Positions 27,301 through 41,500 of a stretch of DNA of 64,000 bases are shown in pieces (the first letter of the stretch is position 1; the number at the start of each line of letters is the position of its first letter). Origin of the DNA: Eledone cirrhosa (taxonomy: Eukaryota); the NCBI GenBank assembly GCA_964016885.1, contig OZ024744.1, positions 14,570,001 to 14,634,000 on the forward strand, read 5' to 3'. Both the position numbers and the translations under genes were made by a program. The notes under the pieces are model-generated. The model searched no databases, was not told the origin of the DNA, and saw nothing but the letters and a program-made list of their open reading frames with translations.

Positions 27301-30300
27301 ATGTGCCTCCATTGCAAGGCCAATGCTCTAACCACTAAGTCATGTGCCTCCATTGCAAGGCCAATGCACTAACCACTAAGCCATGTGCCTCCATTGCAAG
27401 GCCAATGCTCTAACCACTAAACCATCTGCCTCCATTGCGAGGCCAATGCTCTAACCACTAAGCCATGTGCCTCCACTGCAAGGCCAATGCTCTAACCACT
27501 AAGTCATGTGCCTCCATTGCAAGGCCAATGCTCTAACCACTAAGCCATGTGCCTCCATTGCAAGGCCAATGTTCTAACCACTAAGTCATGTGCCTCCATT
27601 GCAAGGCCAATGCTCTAACCACTAAGTCATGTGCCTCCATTGCAAGGCCAATACTCTAACCACTAAGTCATGTGCCTCCATTGCAAGGCCAATGCTCTAA
27701 CCACTAAGTCATATGCCTCCATTGCAAGGTCAATGCTCTAACCACTAAGTCATGTGCCTCCATTGCAAGGCCAATGCTCTAACCACTAAGTCATGTGCCT
27801 CCATTACAAGGCCAATGCTCTAACCACTAAGCCATGTGCCTCCATTGCAAGGCCAATACTCTAACCACTAAGTCATGTGCCTCCATTGCAAAGCCAATGC
27901 TCTAACCACTAAGTCATGTGCCTCCATTGTAAGATCAATGCTCTAACCACTAAGTCATGTGCCTCCATTGCAAGGCCAATGCTCTAACCACTAAGTCATG
28001 TGCCTCCATTGCAAGGCCAATGCTCTAACCACTAAGTCATGTGCCTCCATTGCAAGGCCAATGCTCTAACCACTAAGTCATGCGCCTCCATTGCAAGGCC
28101 AATGCTCTAACCACTAAGCCATGTGCCTCCATTGCAAGGCCAATGCTCTAATCAGTAAGCCATGTGCCTCCATTGCAAGGCCAATGCTCTAACCACTAAA
28201 CCATCTGCCTCCATTGCAAGGCCAATGCTCTAACCACTAAGTCATGTGCCTCCATTGCAAGGCCAATGCTCTAACCACTAAGCCATGTGCCTCCATTGCA
28301 AGGCCAATGCTCTAACCACTAAGTCATGTGCCTCCATTGCAAGGCCAATGCTCTAACCACTAAGTCATGCGCCTCCATTGCAAGGCCAATGCTCTAACCA
28401 CTAAGCCATGTGCCTCCATTGCAAGGCCAATGCTCTAACCACTAAGCCATGTGCCTCCATTGCAAGGCCAATTCTCTAACCACTAAGCCATGTGCCTCCA
28501 TTGCAAGGCCAATGCTCTAACCACAAATCATGTGCCTCCATTGCAAGGCCAATGCTCTAACCACTAAGTAATGTGCCTCCATTGCAAGGCCAATGCTCTA
28601 ACCACTAAACCATCTGCCTCCATTGCAAGGCCAATGCTCTAACCACTAAGCCATGTGCCTCCATTGTAAGGCCAATGCTCTAACCACTAAGCCATGTGCC
28701 TCCATTGCAAGTCCAATGCTCTAACAACTAAGCCATGTGCCTACATTGCAAGTCCAATGCTCTAACCACTAAGTCATGCGGCTCCATTGCAAGGCCAATG
28801 CTCTAACCACTAAGACATGTGCCTCAATTGAAAGTCCAATGCTCTAACCACTAAGCCATGTATCTCCATTGCAAGGCCAATCTTCTAACCACTAAGCCAT
28901 GTGCCTCCATTGCAAGGCCAATGCTCTAACCATTAAGTCATGTGCCTCCATTGCAAGGTGAATGCTCTAACCACTAAGTCATGTACCTCCATTGCAAGGC
29001 CAATGCTCTAACCACTAAGAGATGTGCCTCCATTGCAAGGCCAATGCTCTAACCACTAAGTCATGTGCCTCCATTGCAAGGCCAATGCACTAACCACTAA
29101 GCCATGTGCCTCCATTGCAAGGCCAATGTTCTAACCACTAAGTCATGTGCCTCCATTGCAAGGCCAATTCTCTAACCACTAAGTCATGTGCCTCCATTGC
29201 AAGGCCAATGCTCTAACCACTAAACCATCTGCCTCCATTGCAAGGCCAATGCTCTAACCACTAAGTCATGTGCCTCCATTGCAAGGCCAATGCTCTAACC
29301 AGTAAGCCATGTGCCTCCATTGCAAGGCCAATACGCTAACCACTAAGTCATGTGCCTCCAATGCAAGGCCAATGCTCTAACCACTAAGTCATGTGCCTCC
29401 ATTGCAAGGTCAATGCTCTAACCACTAAGTCATGTGCCTCCATTGCAAGGACAATGCTCTAACCACTAAGTCATGTGCCTACATTGCAAGGCCAATGCTC
29501 TAACCACTAAGTCATGTGCCTCCATTGCAAGGCCAATGCTCTAACCACTAAGTCATGCGCCTCCATTGCAAGGCCAATGCTCTAACCACTAAGCCATGTG
29601 CCTCCATTGCAAGGCCAATGCTCTAACCACTAAGCCATGTGCGTCCATTGCAAGGCCAATTCTCTAACCACTAAGCCATGTGCCTCCATTGCAAGGCCAA
29701 TGCTCTAACCACAAATCATGTGCCTCCATTGCAAGGCCAATGCTCTAACCACTAAGTCATGTGCCTCCATTGCAAGGCCAATGCTCTAACCACTAAACCA
29801 TCTGCCTCCATTGCAAGGCCAATGCTCTAACCACTAAGCCATGTGCCTCCATTGTAAGGCCAATGCTCTAACCACTAAGCCATGTGCCTCCATTGCAAGA
29901 CCAATGCTCTAACCACTAAGCCATGTATCTCCATTGCAAGGCCAATCTTCTAACCACTAAGCCATGTGCCTCCATTGCAAGGCCAATGCTCTAACCACTA
30001 AGTCATGTGCCTCCATTGCAAGGCCAATACACTAACCACTAAACCCTGTGCCTCCATTGCAAGGCCAATGCTCTAACCACTAAACCATCTGCCTCCATTG
30101 CGAGGCCAATGCTCTAACCACTAAGCCATGTGCCTCCACTGCAAGGCCAATGCTCTAACCACTAAGTCATGTGCCTCCATTGCAAGGCCAATGCTCTAAC
30201 CACTAAGCCATGTGCCTCCATTGCAAGGCCAATGTTCTAACCACTAAGTCATGTGCCTCCATTGCAAGGCCAATGCTCTAACCACTAAGTCATGTGCCTC

Positions 30301-30764
30301 CATTGCAAGGCCAATGCTCTAACCACTAAACCATCTGCCTCCATTGCAAGGCCAATGTTCTAACCACTAAGTCATGTGCCTCCATTGCAAGGCCAATGCT
30401 CTAACCACTAAGCCATGTGCCTCCATTGCAAGGCCAATACTCTAACCACTAAGTCATGTGCCTCCATTGCAAGGCCAATGCTCTAACCACTAAGTCATAT
30501 GCCTCCATTGCAAGGTCAATGCTCTAACCACTAAGTCATGTGCCTCCATTGCAAGGCCAATGCTCTAACCACTAAGTCATGTGCCTCCATTACAAGGCCA
30601 ATGCTCTAACCACTAAGCCATGTGCCTCCATTGCAAGGCCAATACTCTAACCACTAAGTCATGTGCCTCCATTGCAAAGCCAATGCTCTAACCACTAAGT
30701 CATGTGCCTCCATTGTAAGATCAATGCTCTAACCACTAAGTCATGTGCCTCCATTGCAAGGCCA

Positions 30765-33700
30765 ATGCTCTAACCACTAAGTCATGTGCCTCCATTGCAA
30801 GGTCAATGCTCTAACCACTAAGTCATGTGCCTCCATTGCAAGGCCAATGCTCTAACCACTAAGTCATGCGCCTCCATTGCAAGGCCAATGCTCTAACCAC
30901 TAAGCCATGTGCCTCCATTGCAAGGCCAATGCTCTAATCACTAAGCCATGTGCCTCCATTGCAAGGCCAATGCTCTAACCACTAAACCATCTGCCTCCAT
31001 TGCAAGGCCAATGCTCTAACCACTAAGTCATGTGCCTCCATTGCAAGGCCAATGCTCTAACCACTAAGCCATGTGCCTCCATTGCAAGGCCAATGCTCTA
31101 ATCACTAAGCCATGTGCCTCCATTGCAAGGCCAATGCTCTAACCACTAAGCCATGTGCCTCCACTGCAAGGCCAATGCTCTAACCACTAAGTCATGTGCC
31201 TCCATTGCAAGGCCAATGCTCTAACCACTAAGCCATGTGCCTCCATTGCAAGGCCAATGTTCTAACCACTAAGTCATGTGCCTCCATTGCAAGGCCAATG
31301 CTCTAACCACTAAGTCATGTGCCTCCATTGCAAGGCCAATGCTCTAACCACTAAACCATCTGCCTCCATTGCGAGGCCAATGCTCTAACCACTAAGTCAT
31401 GGGCCTCCATTGCAAGGCCAATGCTCTAACCACTAAGCCATGTGCCTCCATTGCAAGGCCAATACTCTAACCACTAAGTCATGTGCCTCCATTGCAAGGC
31501 CAATGCTCTAACCACTAAGTCATGTGCCTCCATTGCAAGGTCAATGCTCTAACCACTAAGTCATGTGCCTCCATTGCAAGGCCAATGCTCTAACCACTAA
31601 GTCATGTGCCTCCATTGCAAGGCCAATGCTCTAACCACTAAGTCATGCGCCTCCATTGCAAGGCCAATGCTCTAACCACTAAGCCATGTGCCTCCATTGC
31701 AAGGCCAATGCTCTAACCACTAAGCCATGTGCCTCCATTGCAAGGCCAATTCTCTAACCACTAAGCCATGTGCCTCCATTGCAAGGCCAATGCTCTAACC
31801 ACAAATCATGTGCCTCCATTGCAAGGCCAATGCTCTAACCACTAAGTAATGTGCCTCCATTGCAAGGCCAATGCTCTAACCACTAAACCATCTGCCTCCA
31901 TTGCAAGGCCAATGCTCTAACCACTAAGCCATGTGCCTCCATTGTAAGGCCAATGCTCTAACCACTAAGCCATGTGCCTCCATTGCAAGTCCAATGCTCT
32001 AACAACTAAGCCATGTGCCTACATTGCAAGTCCAATGCTCTAACCACTAAGTCATGCGGCTCCATTGCAAGGCCAATGCTCTAACCACTAAGACATGTGC
32101 CTCAATTGAAAGTCCAATGCTCTAACCACTAAGCCATGTGCCTCCATTGCAAGGCCAATGCTCTAATCACTAAGCCATGTGCCTCCATTGCAAGGCCAAT
32201 GCTCTAACCACTAAACCATCTGCCTCCATTGCAAGGCCAATGTTCTAACCACTAAGTCATGTGCCTCCATTGCAAGGCCAATGCTCTAACCACTAAGTCA
32301 TGTGCCTCCATTGCAAGGCCAATACTCTAACCACTAAGTCATGTGCCTCCATTGCAAGGCCAATGCTCTTACCATTAAGTCATATGCCTCCATTGCAAGG
32401 TCAATGCTCTAACCACTAAGTCATGTGCCTCCATTGCAAGGCCAATGCTCTAACCACTAAGTCATGTGCCTCCATTACAAGGCCAATGCTCTAACCACTA
32501 AGCCATGTGCCTCCATTGCAAGGCCAATACTCTAACCACTAAGTCATGTGCCTCCATTGCAAAGCCAATGCTCTAACCACTAAGTCATGTGCCTCCATTG
32601 TAAGATCAATGCTCTAACCACTAAGTCATGTGCCTCCATTGCAAGGCCAATGCTCTAACCACTAAGTCATGTGCCTCCATTGCAAGGCCAATGCTCTAAC
32701 CACTAAGTCATGTGCCTCCATTGCAAGGCCAATGCTCTAACCACTAAGTCATGCGCCTCCATTGCAAGGCCAATGCTCTAACCACTAAGCCATGTGCCTC
32801 CATTGCAAGGCCAATGCTCTAATCACTAAGCCATGTGCCTCCATTGCAAGGCCAATGCTCTAACCACTAAACCATCTGCCTCCATTGCAAGGCCAATGCT
32901 CTAACCACTAAGTCATGTGCCTCCATTGCAAGGCCAATGCTCTAACCACTAAGCCATGTGCCTCCATTGCAAGGCCAATGCTCTAACCACTAAGTCATGT
33001 GCCTCCATTGCAAGGCCAATGCTCTAACCACTAAGTCATATGCCTCCATTGCAAGGTCAATGCTCTAACCACTAAGTCATGTGCCTCCATTGCAAGGCCA
33101 ATGCTCTAACCACTAAGTCATGTGCCTCCATTACAAGGCCAATGCTCTAACCACTAAGCAATGTGCCTCCATTGCAAGGCCAATACTCTAACCACTAAGT
33201 CATGTGCCTCCATTGCAAAGCCAATGCTCTAACCACTAAGTCATGTGCCTCCATTGTAAGATCAATGCTCTAACCACTAAGTCATGTGCCTCCATTGCAA
33301 GGTCAATGCTCTAACCACTAAGTCATGTGCCTCCATTGCAAGGCCAATGCTCTAACCACTAAGTCATGCGCCTCCATTGCAAGGCCAATGCTCTAACCAC
33401 TAAGCCATGTGCCTCCATTGCAAGGCCAATGCTCTAATCACTAAGCCATGTGCCTCCATTGCAAGGCCAATGCTCTAACCACTAAACCATCTGCCTCCAT
33501 TGCAAGGCCAATGCTCTAACCACTAAGTCATGTGCCTCCATTGCAAGGCCAATGCTCTAACCACTAAGCCATGTGCCTCCATTGCAAGGCCAATGCTCTA
33601 ATCACTAAGCCATGTGCCTCCATTGCAAGGCCAATGCTCTAACCACTAAGCCATGTGCCTCCACTGCAAGGCCAATGCTCTAACCACTAAGTCATGTGCC

Positions 33701-35539
33701 TCCATTGCAAGGCCAATGCTCTAACCACTAAGCCATGTGCCTCCATTGCAAGGCCAATGTTCTAACCACTAAGTCATGTGCCTCCATTGCAAGGCCAATG
33801 CTCTAACCACTAAGTCATGTGCCTCCATTGCAAGGCCAATGCTCTAACCACTAAACCATCTGCCTCCATTGCGAGGCCAATGCTCTAACCACTAAGTCAT
33901 GGGCCTCCATTGCAAGGCCAATGCTCTAACCACTAAGCCATGTGCCTCCATTGCAAGGCCAATACTCTAACCACTAAGTCATGTGCCTCCATTGCAAGGC
34001 CAATGCTCTAACCACTAAGTCATGTGCCTCCATTGCAAGGTCAATGCTCTAACCACTAAGTCATGTGCCTCCATTGCAAGGCCAATGCTCTAACCACTAA
34101 GTCATGTGCCTCCATTGCAAGGCCAATGCTCTAACCACTAAGTCATGCGCCTCCATTGCAAGGCCAATGCTCTAACCACTAAGCCATGTGCCTCCATTGC
34201 AAGGCCAATGCTCTAACCACTAAGCCATGTGCCTCCATTGCAAGGCCAATTCTCTAACCACTAAGCCATGTGCCTCCATTGCAAGGCCAATGCTCTAACC
34301 ACAAATCATGTGCCTCCATTGCAAGGCCAATGCTCTAACCACTAAGTAATGTGCCTCCATTGCAAGGCCAATGCTCTAACCACTAAACCATCTGCCTCCA
34401 TTGCAAGGCCAATGCTCTAACCACTAAGCCATGTGCCTCCATTGTAAGGCCAATGCTCTAACCACTAAGCCATGTGCCTCCATTGCAAGTCCAATGCTCT
34501 AACAACTAAGCCATGTGCCTACATTGCAAGTCCAATGCTCTAACCACTAAGTCATGCGGCTCCATTGCAAGGCCAATGCTCTAACCACTAAGACATGTGC
34601 CTCAATTGAAAGTCCAATGCTCTAACCACTAAGCCATGTGCCTCCATTGCAAGGCCAATGCTCTAATCACTAAGCCATGTGCCTCCATTGCAAGGCCAAT
34701 GCTCTAACCACTAAACCATCTGCCTCCATTGCAAGGCCAATGTTCTAACCACTAAGTCATGTGCCTCCATTGCAAGGCCAATGCTCTAACCACTAAGTCA
34801 TGTGCCTCCATTGCAAGGCCAATACTCTAACCACTAAGTCATGTGCCTCCATTGCAAGGCCAATGCTCTAACCACTAAGTCATATGCCTCCATTGCAAGG
34901 TCAATGCTCTAACCACTAAGTCATGTGCCTTCATTGCAAGGCCAATGCTCTAACCACTAAGTCATGTGCCTCCATTACAAGGCCAATGCTCTAACCACTA
35001 AGCCATGTGCCTCCATTGCAAGGCCAATACTCTAACCACTAAGTCATGTGCCTCCATTGCAAAGCCAATGCTCTAACCACTAAGTCATGTGCCTCCATTG
35101 TAAGATCAATGCTCTAACCACTAAGTCATGTGCCTCCATTGCAAGGCCAATGCTCTAACCACTAAGTCATGTGCCTCCATTGCAAGGCCAATGCTCTAAC
35201 CACTAAGTCATGTGCCTCCATTGCAAGGCCAATGCTCTAACCACTAAGTCATGCGCCTCCATTGCAAGGCCAATGCTCTAACCACTAAGCCATGTGCCTC
35301 CATTGCAAGGCCAATGCTCTAATCACTAAGCCATGTGCCTCCATTGCAAGGCCAATGCTCTAACCACTAAACCATCTGCCTCCATTGCAAGGCCAATGCT
35401 CTAACCACTAAGTCATGTGCCTCCATTGCAAGGCCAATGCTCTAACCACTAAGCCATGTGCCTCCATTGCAAGGCCAATGCTCTAACCACTAAGTCATGT
35501 GCCTCCATTGCAAGGCCAATGCTCTAACCACTAAGTCAT
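30765..35539. repeat. Higher-order tandem duplication, 2500-bp unit (61 monomers)
   Basis: gggcctcc at 31401/33901 and aagatc at 32602/35102, with the same ordered series of variants between them. Confidence 0.88.
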
Positions 35540-38500
35540 GCGCCTCCATTGCAAGGCCAATGCTCTAACCACTAAGCCATGTGCCTCCATTGCAAGGCCA
35601 ATGCTCTAACCACTAAGCCATGTGCCTCCATTGCAAGGCCAATTCTCTAACCACTAAGCCATGTGCCTCCATTGCAAGGCCAATGCTCTAACCACAAATC
35701 ATGTGCCTCCATTGCAAGGCCAATGCTCTAACCACTAAGTAATGTGCCTCCATTGCAAGGCCAATGCTCTAACCACTAAACCATCTGCCTCCATTGCAAG
35801 GCCAATGCTCTAACCACTAAGCCATGTGCCTCCATTGTAAGGCCAATGCTCTAACCACTAAGCCATGTGCCTCCATTGCAAGTCCAATGCTCTAACCACT
35901 AAGACATGTGCCTCAATTGAAAGTCCAATGCTCTAACCACTAAGCCATGTATCTCCATTGCAAGGCCAATCTTCTAACCACTAAGCCATGTGCCTCCATT
36001 GCAAGGCCAATGCTCTAACCACTAAGTCATGTGCCTCCATTGCAAGGCCAATGCACTAACCACTAAGCCATGTGCCTCCATTGCAAGGCCAATGTTCTAA
36101 CCACTAAGTCATGTGCCTCCATTGCAAGGCCAATGCTCTAACCACTAAGTCATGTGCCTCCATTGCAAGGCCAATGCTCTAACCACTAAACCATCTGCCT
36201 CCATTGCAAGGCCAATGCTCTAACCACTAAGTCATGTGCCTCCATTGCAAGGCCAATGCTCTAACCAGTAAGCCATGTGCCTCCATTGCAAGGCCAATAC
36301 GCTAACCACTAAGTCATGTGCCTCCAATGCAAGGCCAATGCTCTAACCACTAAGTCATGTGCCTCCATTGCAAGGTCAATGCTCTAACCACTAAGTCATG
36401 TGCCTCCATTGCAAGGACAATGCTCTAACCACTAAGTCATGTGCCTACATTGCAAGGCCAATGCTCTAACCACTAAGTCATGTGCCTCCATTGCAAGGCC
36501 AATGCTCTAACCACTAAGTCATGCGCCTCCATTGCAAGGCCAATGCTCTAACCACTAAGCCATGTGCCTCCATTGCAAGGCCAATGCTCTAACCACTAAG
36601 CCATGTGCGTCCATTGCAAGGCCAATTCTCTAACCACTAAGCCATGTGCCTCCATTGCAAGGCCAATGCTCTAACCACAAATCATGTGCCTCCATTGCAA
36701 GGCCAATGCTCTAACCACTAAGTCATGTGCCTCCATTGCAAGGCCAATGCTCTAACCACTAAGCCATGTGCCTCCATTGCAAGGCCAATTCTCTAACCAC
36801 TAAGCCATGTGCCTCCATTGCAAGGCCAATGCTCTAACCACAAATCATGTGCCTCCATTGCAAGGCCAATGCTCTAACCACTAAGTAATGTGCCTCCATT
36901 GCAAGGCCAATGCTCTAACCACTAAACCATCTGCCTCCATTGCAAGGCCAATGCTCTAACCACTAAGCCATGTGCCTCCATTGTAAGGCCAATGCTCTAA
37001 CCACTAAGCCATGTGCCTCCATTGCAAGTCCAATGCTCTAACAACTAAGCCATGTGCCTACATTGCAAGTCCAATGCTCTAACCACTAAGTCATGCGGCT
37101 CCATTGCAAGGCCAATGCTCTAACCACTAAGACATGTGCCTCAATTGAAAGTCCAATGCTCTAACCACTAAGCCATGTGCCTCCATTGCAAGGCCAATGC
37201 TCTAATCACTAAGCCATGTGCCTCCATTGCAAGGCCAATGCTCTAACCACTAAACCATCTGCCTCCATTGCAAGGCCAATGTTCTAACCACTAAGTCATG
37301 TGCCTCCATTGCAAGGCCAATGCTCTAACCACTAAGTCATGTGCCTCCATTGCAAGGCCAATACTCTAACCACTAAGTCATGTGCCTCCATTGCAAGGCC
37401 AATGCTCTAACCACTAAGTCATATGCCTCCATTGCAAGGTCAATGCTCTAACCACTAAGTCATGTGCCTTCATTGCAAGGCCAATGCTCTAACCACTAAG
37501 TCATGTGCCTCCATTACAAGGCCAATGCTCTAACCACTAAGCCATGTGCCTCCATTGCAAGGCCAATACTCTAACCACTAAGTCATGTGCCTCCATTGCA
37601 AAGCCAATGCTCTAACCACTAAGTCATGTGCCTCCATTGTAAGATCAATGCTCTAACCACTAAGTCATGTGCCTCCATTGCAAGGCCAATGCTCTAACCA
37701 CTAAGTCATGTGCCTCCATTGCAAGGCCAATGCTCTAACCACTAAGCCATGTGCCTCCATTGCAAGGCCAATGCTCTAACCACTAAGTCATGTGCCTCCA
37801 TTGCAAGGCCAATGCTCTAACCACTAAGTCATGCGCCTCCATTGCAAGGCCAATGCTCTAACCACTAAGCCATGTGCCTCCATTGCAAGGCCAATGCTCT
37901 AACCACTAAGCCATGTGCCTCCATTGCAAGGCCAATTCTCTAACCACTAAGCCATGTGCCTCCATTGCAAGGCCAATGCTCTAACCACAAATCATGTGCC
38001 TCCATTGCAAGGCCAATGCTCTAACCACTAAGTAATGTGCCTCCATTGCAAGGCCAATGCTCTAACCACTAAACCATCTGCCTCCATTGCAAGGCCAATG
38101 CTCTAACCACTAAGCCATGTGCCTCCATTGTAAGGCCAATGCTCTAACCACTAAGCCATGTGCCTCCATTGCAAGTCCAATGCTCTAACCACTAAGACAT
38201 GTGCCTCAATTGAAAGTCCAATGCTCTAACCACTAAGCCATGTATCTCCATTGCAAGGCCAATCTTCTAACCACTAAGCCATGTGCCTCCATTGCAAGGC
38301 CAATGCTCTAACCACTAAGTCATGTGCCTCCATTGCAAGGCCAATGCACTAACCACTAAGCCATGTGCCTCCATTGCAAGGCCAATGTTCTAACCACTAA
38401 GTCATGTGCCTCCATTGCAAGGCCAATGCTCTAACCACTAAGTCATGTGCCTCCATTGCAAGGCCAATGCTCTAACCACTAAACCATCTGCCTCCATTGC

Positions 38501-41500
38501 AAGGCCAATGCTCTAACCACTAAGTCATGTGCCTCCATTGCAAGGCCAATGCTCTAACCAGTAAGCCATGTGCCTCCATTGCAAGGCCAATACGCTAACC
38601 ACTAAGTCATGTGCCTCCAATGCAAGGCCAATGCTCTAACCACTAAGTCATGTGCCTCCATTGCAAGGTCAATGCTCTAACCACTAAGTCATGTGCCTCC
38701 ATTGCAAGGACAATGCTCTAACCACTAAGTCATGTGCCTACATTGCAAGGCCAATGCTCTAACCACTAAGTCATGTGCCTCCATTGCAAGGCCAATGCTC
38801 TAACCACTAAGTCATGCGCCTCCATTGCAAGGCCAATGCTCTAACCACTAAGCCATGTGCCTCCATTGCAAGGCCAATGCTCTAACCACTAAGCCATGTG
38901 CGTCCATTGCAAGGCCAATTCTCTAACCACTAAGCCATGTGCCTCCATTGCAAGGCCAATGCTCTAACCACAAATCATGTGCCTCCATTGCAAGGCCAAT
39001 GCTCTAACCACTAAGTCATGTGCCTCCATTGCAAGGCCAATGCTCTAACCACTAAACCATCTGCCTCCATTGCAAGGCCAATGCTCTAACCACTAAGCCA
39101 TGTGCCTCCATTGTAAGGCCAATGCTCTAACCACTAAGCCATGTGCCTCCATTGCAAGACCAATGCTCTAACCACTAAGCCATGTATCTCCATTGCAAGG
39201 CCAATCTTCTAACCACTAAGCCATGTGCCTCCATTGCAAGGCCAATGCTCTAACCACTAAGTCATGTGCCTCCATTGCAAGGCCAATGCACTAACCACTA
39301 AGCCCTGTGCCTCCATTGCAAGGCCAATGCTCTAACCACTAAACCATCTGCCTCCATTGCGAGGCCAATGCTCTAACCACTAAGCCATGTGCCTCCACTG
39401 CAAGGCTAATGCTCTAACCACTAAGTCATGTGCCTCCATTGCAAGGCCAATGCTCTAACCACTAAGCCATGTGCCTCCATTGCAAGGCCAATGTTCTAAC
39501 CACTAAGTCATGTGCCTCCATTGCAAGGCCAATGCTCTAACCACTAAGTCATGTGCCTCCATTGCAAGGCCAATGCTCTAACCACTAAACCATCTGCCTC
39601 CATTGCAAGGCCAATGTTCTAACCACTAAGTCATGTGCCTCCATTGCAAGGCCAATGCTCTAACCACTAAGTCATGTGCCTCCATTACAAGGCCAATGCT
39701 CTAACCACTAAGCCATGTGCCTCCATTGCAAGGCCAATACTCTAACCACTAAGTCATGTGCCTCCATTGCAAAGCCAATGCTCTAACCACTAAGTCATGT
39801 GCCTCCATTGTAAGATCAATGCTCTAACCACTAAGTCATGTGCCTCCATTGCAAGGCCAATGCTCTAACCACTAAGTCATGTGCCTCCATTGCAAGGCCA
39901 ATGCTCTAACCACTAAGTCATGTGCCTCCATTGCAAGGCCAATGCTCTAACCACTAAGTCATGCGCCTCCATTGCAAGGCCAATGCTCTAACCACTAAGC
40001 CATGTGCCTCCATTGCAAGGCCAATGCTCTAATCACTAAGCCATGTGCCTCCATTGCAAGGCCAATGCTCTAACCACTAAACCATCTGCCTCCATTGCAA
40101 GGCCAATGCTCTAACCACTAAGTCATGTGCCTCCATTGCAAGGCCAATGCTCTAACCACTAAGCCATGTGCCTCCATTGCAAGGCCAATGCTCTAACCAC
40201 TAAGTCATGTGCCTCCATTGCAAGGCCAATGCTCTAACCACTAAGTCATATGCCTCCATTGCAAGGTCAATGCTCTAACCACTAAGTCATGTGCCTCCAT
40301 TGCAAGGCCAATGCTCTAACCACTAAGTCATGTGCCTCCATTACAAGGCCAATGCTCTAACCACTAAGCCATGTGCCTCCATTGCAAGGCCAATACTCTA
40401 ACCACTAAGTCATGTGCCTCCATTGCAAAGCCAATGCTCTAACCACTAAGTCATGTGCCTCCATTGCAAGGCCAATGCTCTAACCACTAAGTCATATGCC
40501 TCCATTGCAAGGTCAATGCTCTAACCACTAAGTCATGTGCCTCCATTGCAAGGCCAATGCTCTAACCACTAAGTCATGTGCCTCCATTACAAGGCCAATG
40601 CTCTAACCACTAAGCCATGTGCCTCCATTGCAAGGCCAATACTCTAACCACTAAGTCATGTGCCTCCATTGCAAAGCCAATGCTCTAACCACTAAGTCAT
40701 GTGCCTCCATTGTAAGATCAATGCTCTAACCACTAAGTCATGTGCCTCCATTGCAAGGCCAATGCTCTAACCACTAAGTCATGCGCCTCCATTGCAAGGC
40801 CAATGCTCTAACCACTAAGCCATGTGCCTCCATTGCAAGGCCAATGCTCTAATCACTAAGCCATGTGCCTCCATTGCAAGGCCAATGCTCTAACCACTAA
40901 ACCATCTGCCTCCATTGCAAGGCCAATGCTCTAACCACTAAGTCATGTGCCTCCATTGCAAGGCCAATGCTCTAACCACTAAGCCATGTGCCTCCATTGC
41001 AAGGCCAATGCTCTAATCACTAAGCCATGTGCCTCCATTGCAAGGCCAATGCTCTAACCACTAAGCCATGTGCCTCCACTGCAAGGCCAATGCTCTAACC
41101 ACTAAGTCATGTGCCTCCATTGCAAGGCCAATGCTCTAACCACTAAGCCATGTGCCTCCATTGCAAGGCCAATGTTCTAACCACTAAGTCATGTGCCTCC
41201 ATTGCAAGGCCAATGCTCTAACCACTAAGTCATGTGCCTCCATTGCAAGGCCAATGCTCTAACCACTAAACCATCTGCCTCCATTGCGAGGCCAATGCTC
41301 TAACCACTAAGTCATGGGCCTCCATTGCAAGGCCAATGCTCTAACCACTAAGCCATGTGCCTCCATTGCAAGGCCAATACTCTAACCACTAAGTCATGTG
41401 CCTCCATTGCAAGGCCAATGCTCTAACCACTAAGTCATGTGCCTCCATTGCAAGGTCAATGCTCTAACCACTAAGTCATGTGCCTCCATTGCAAGGCCAA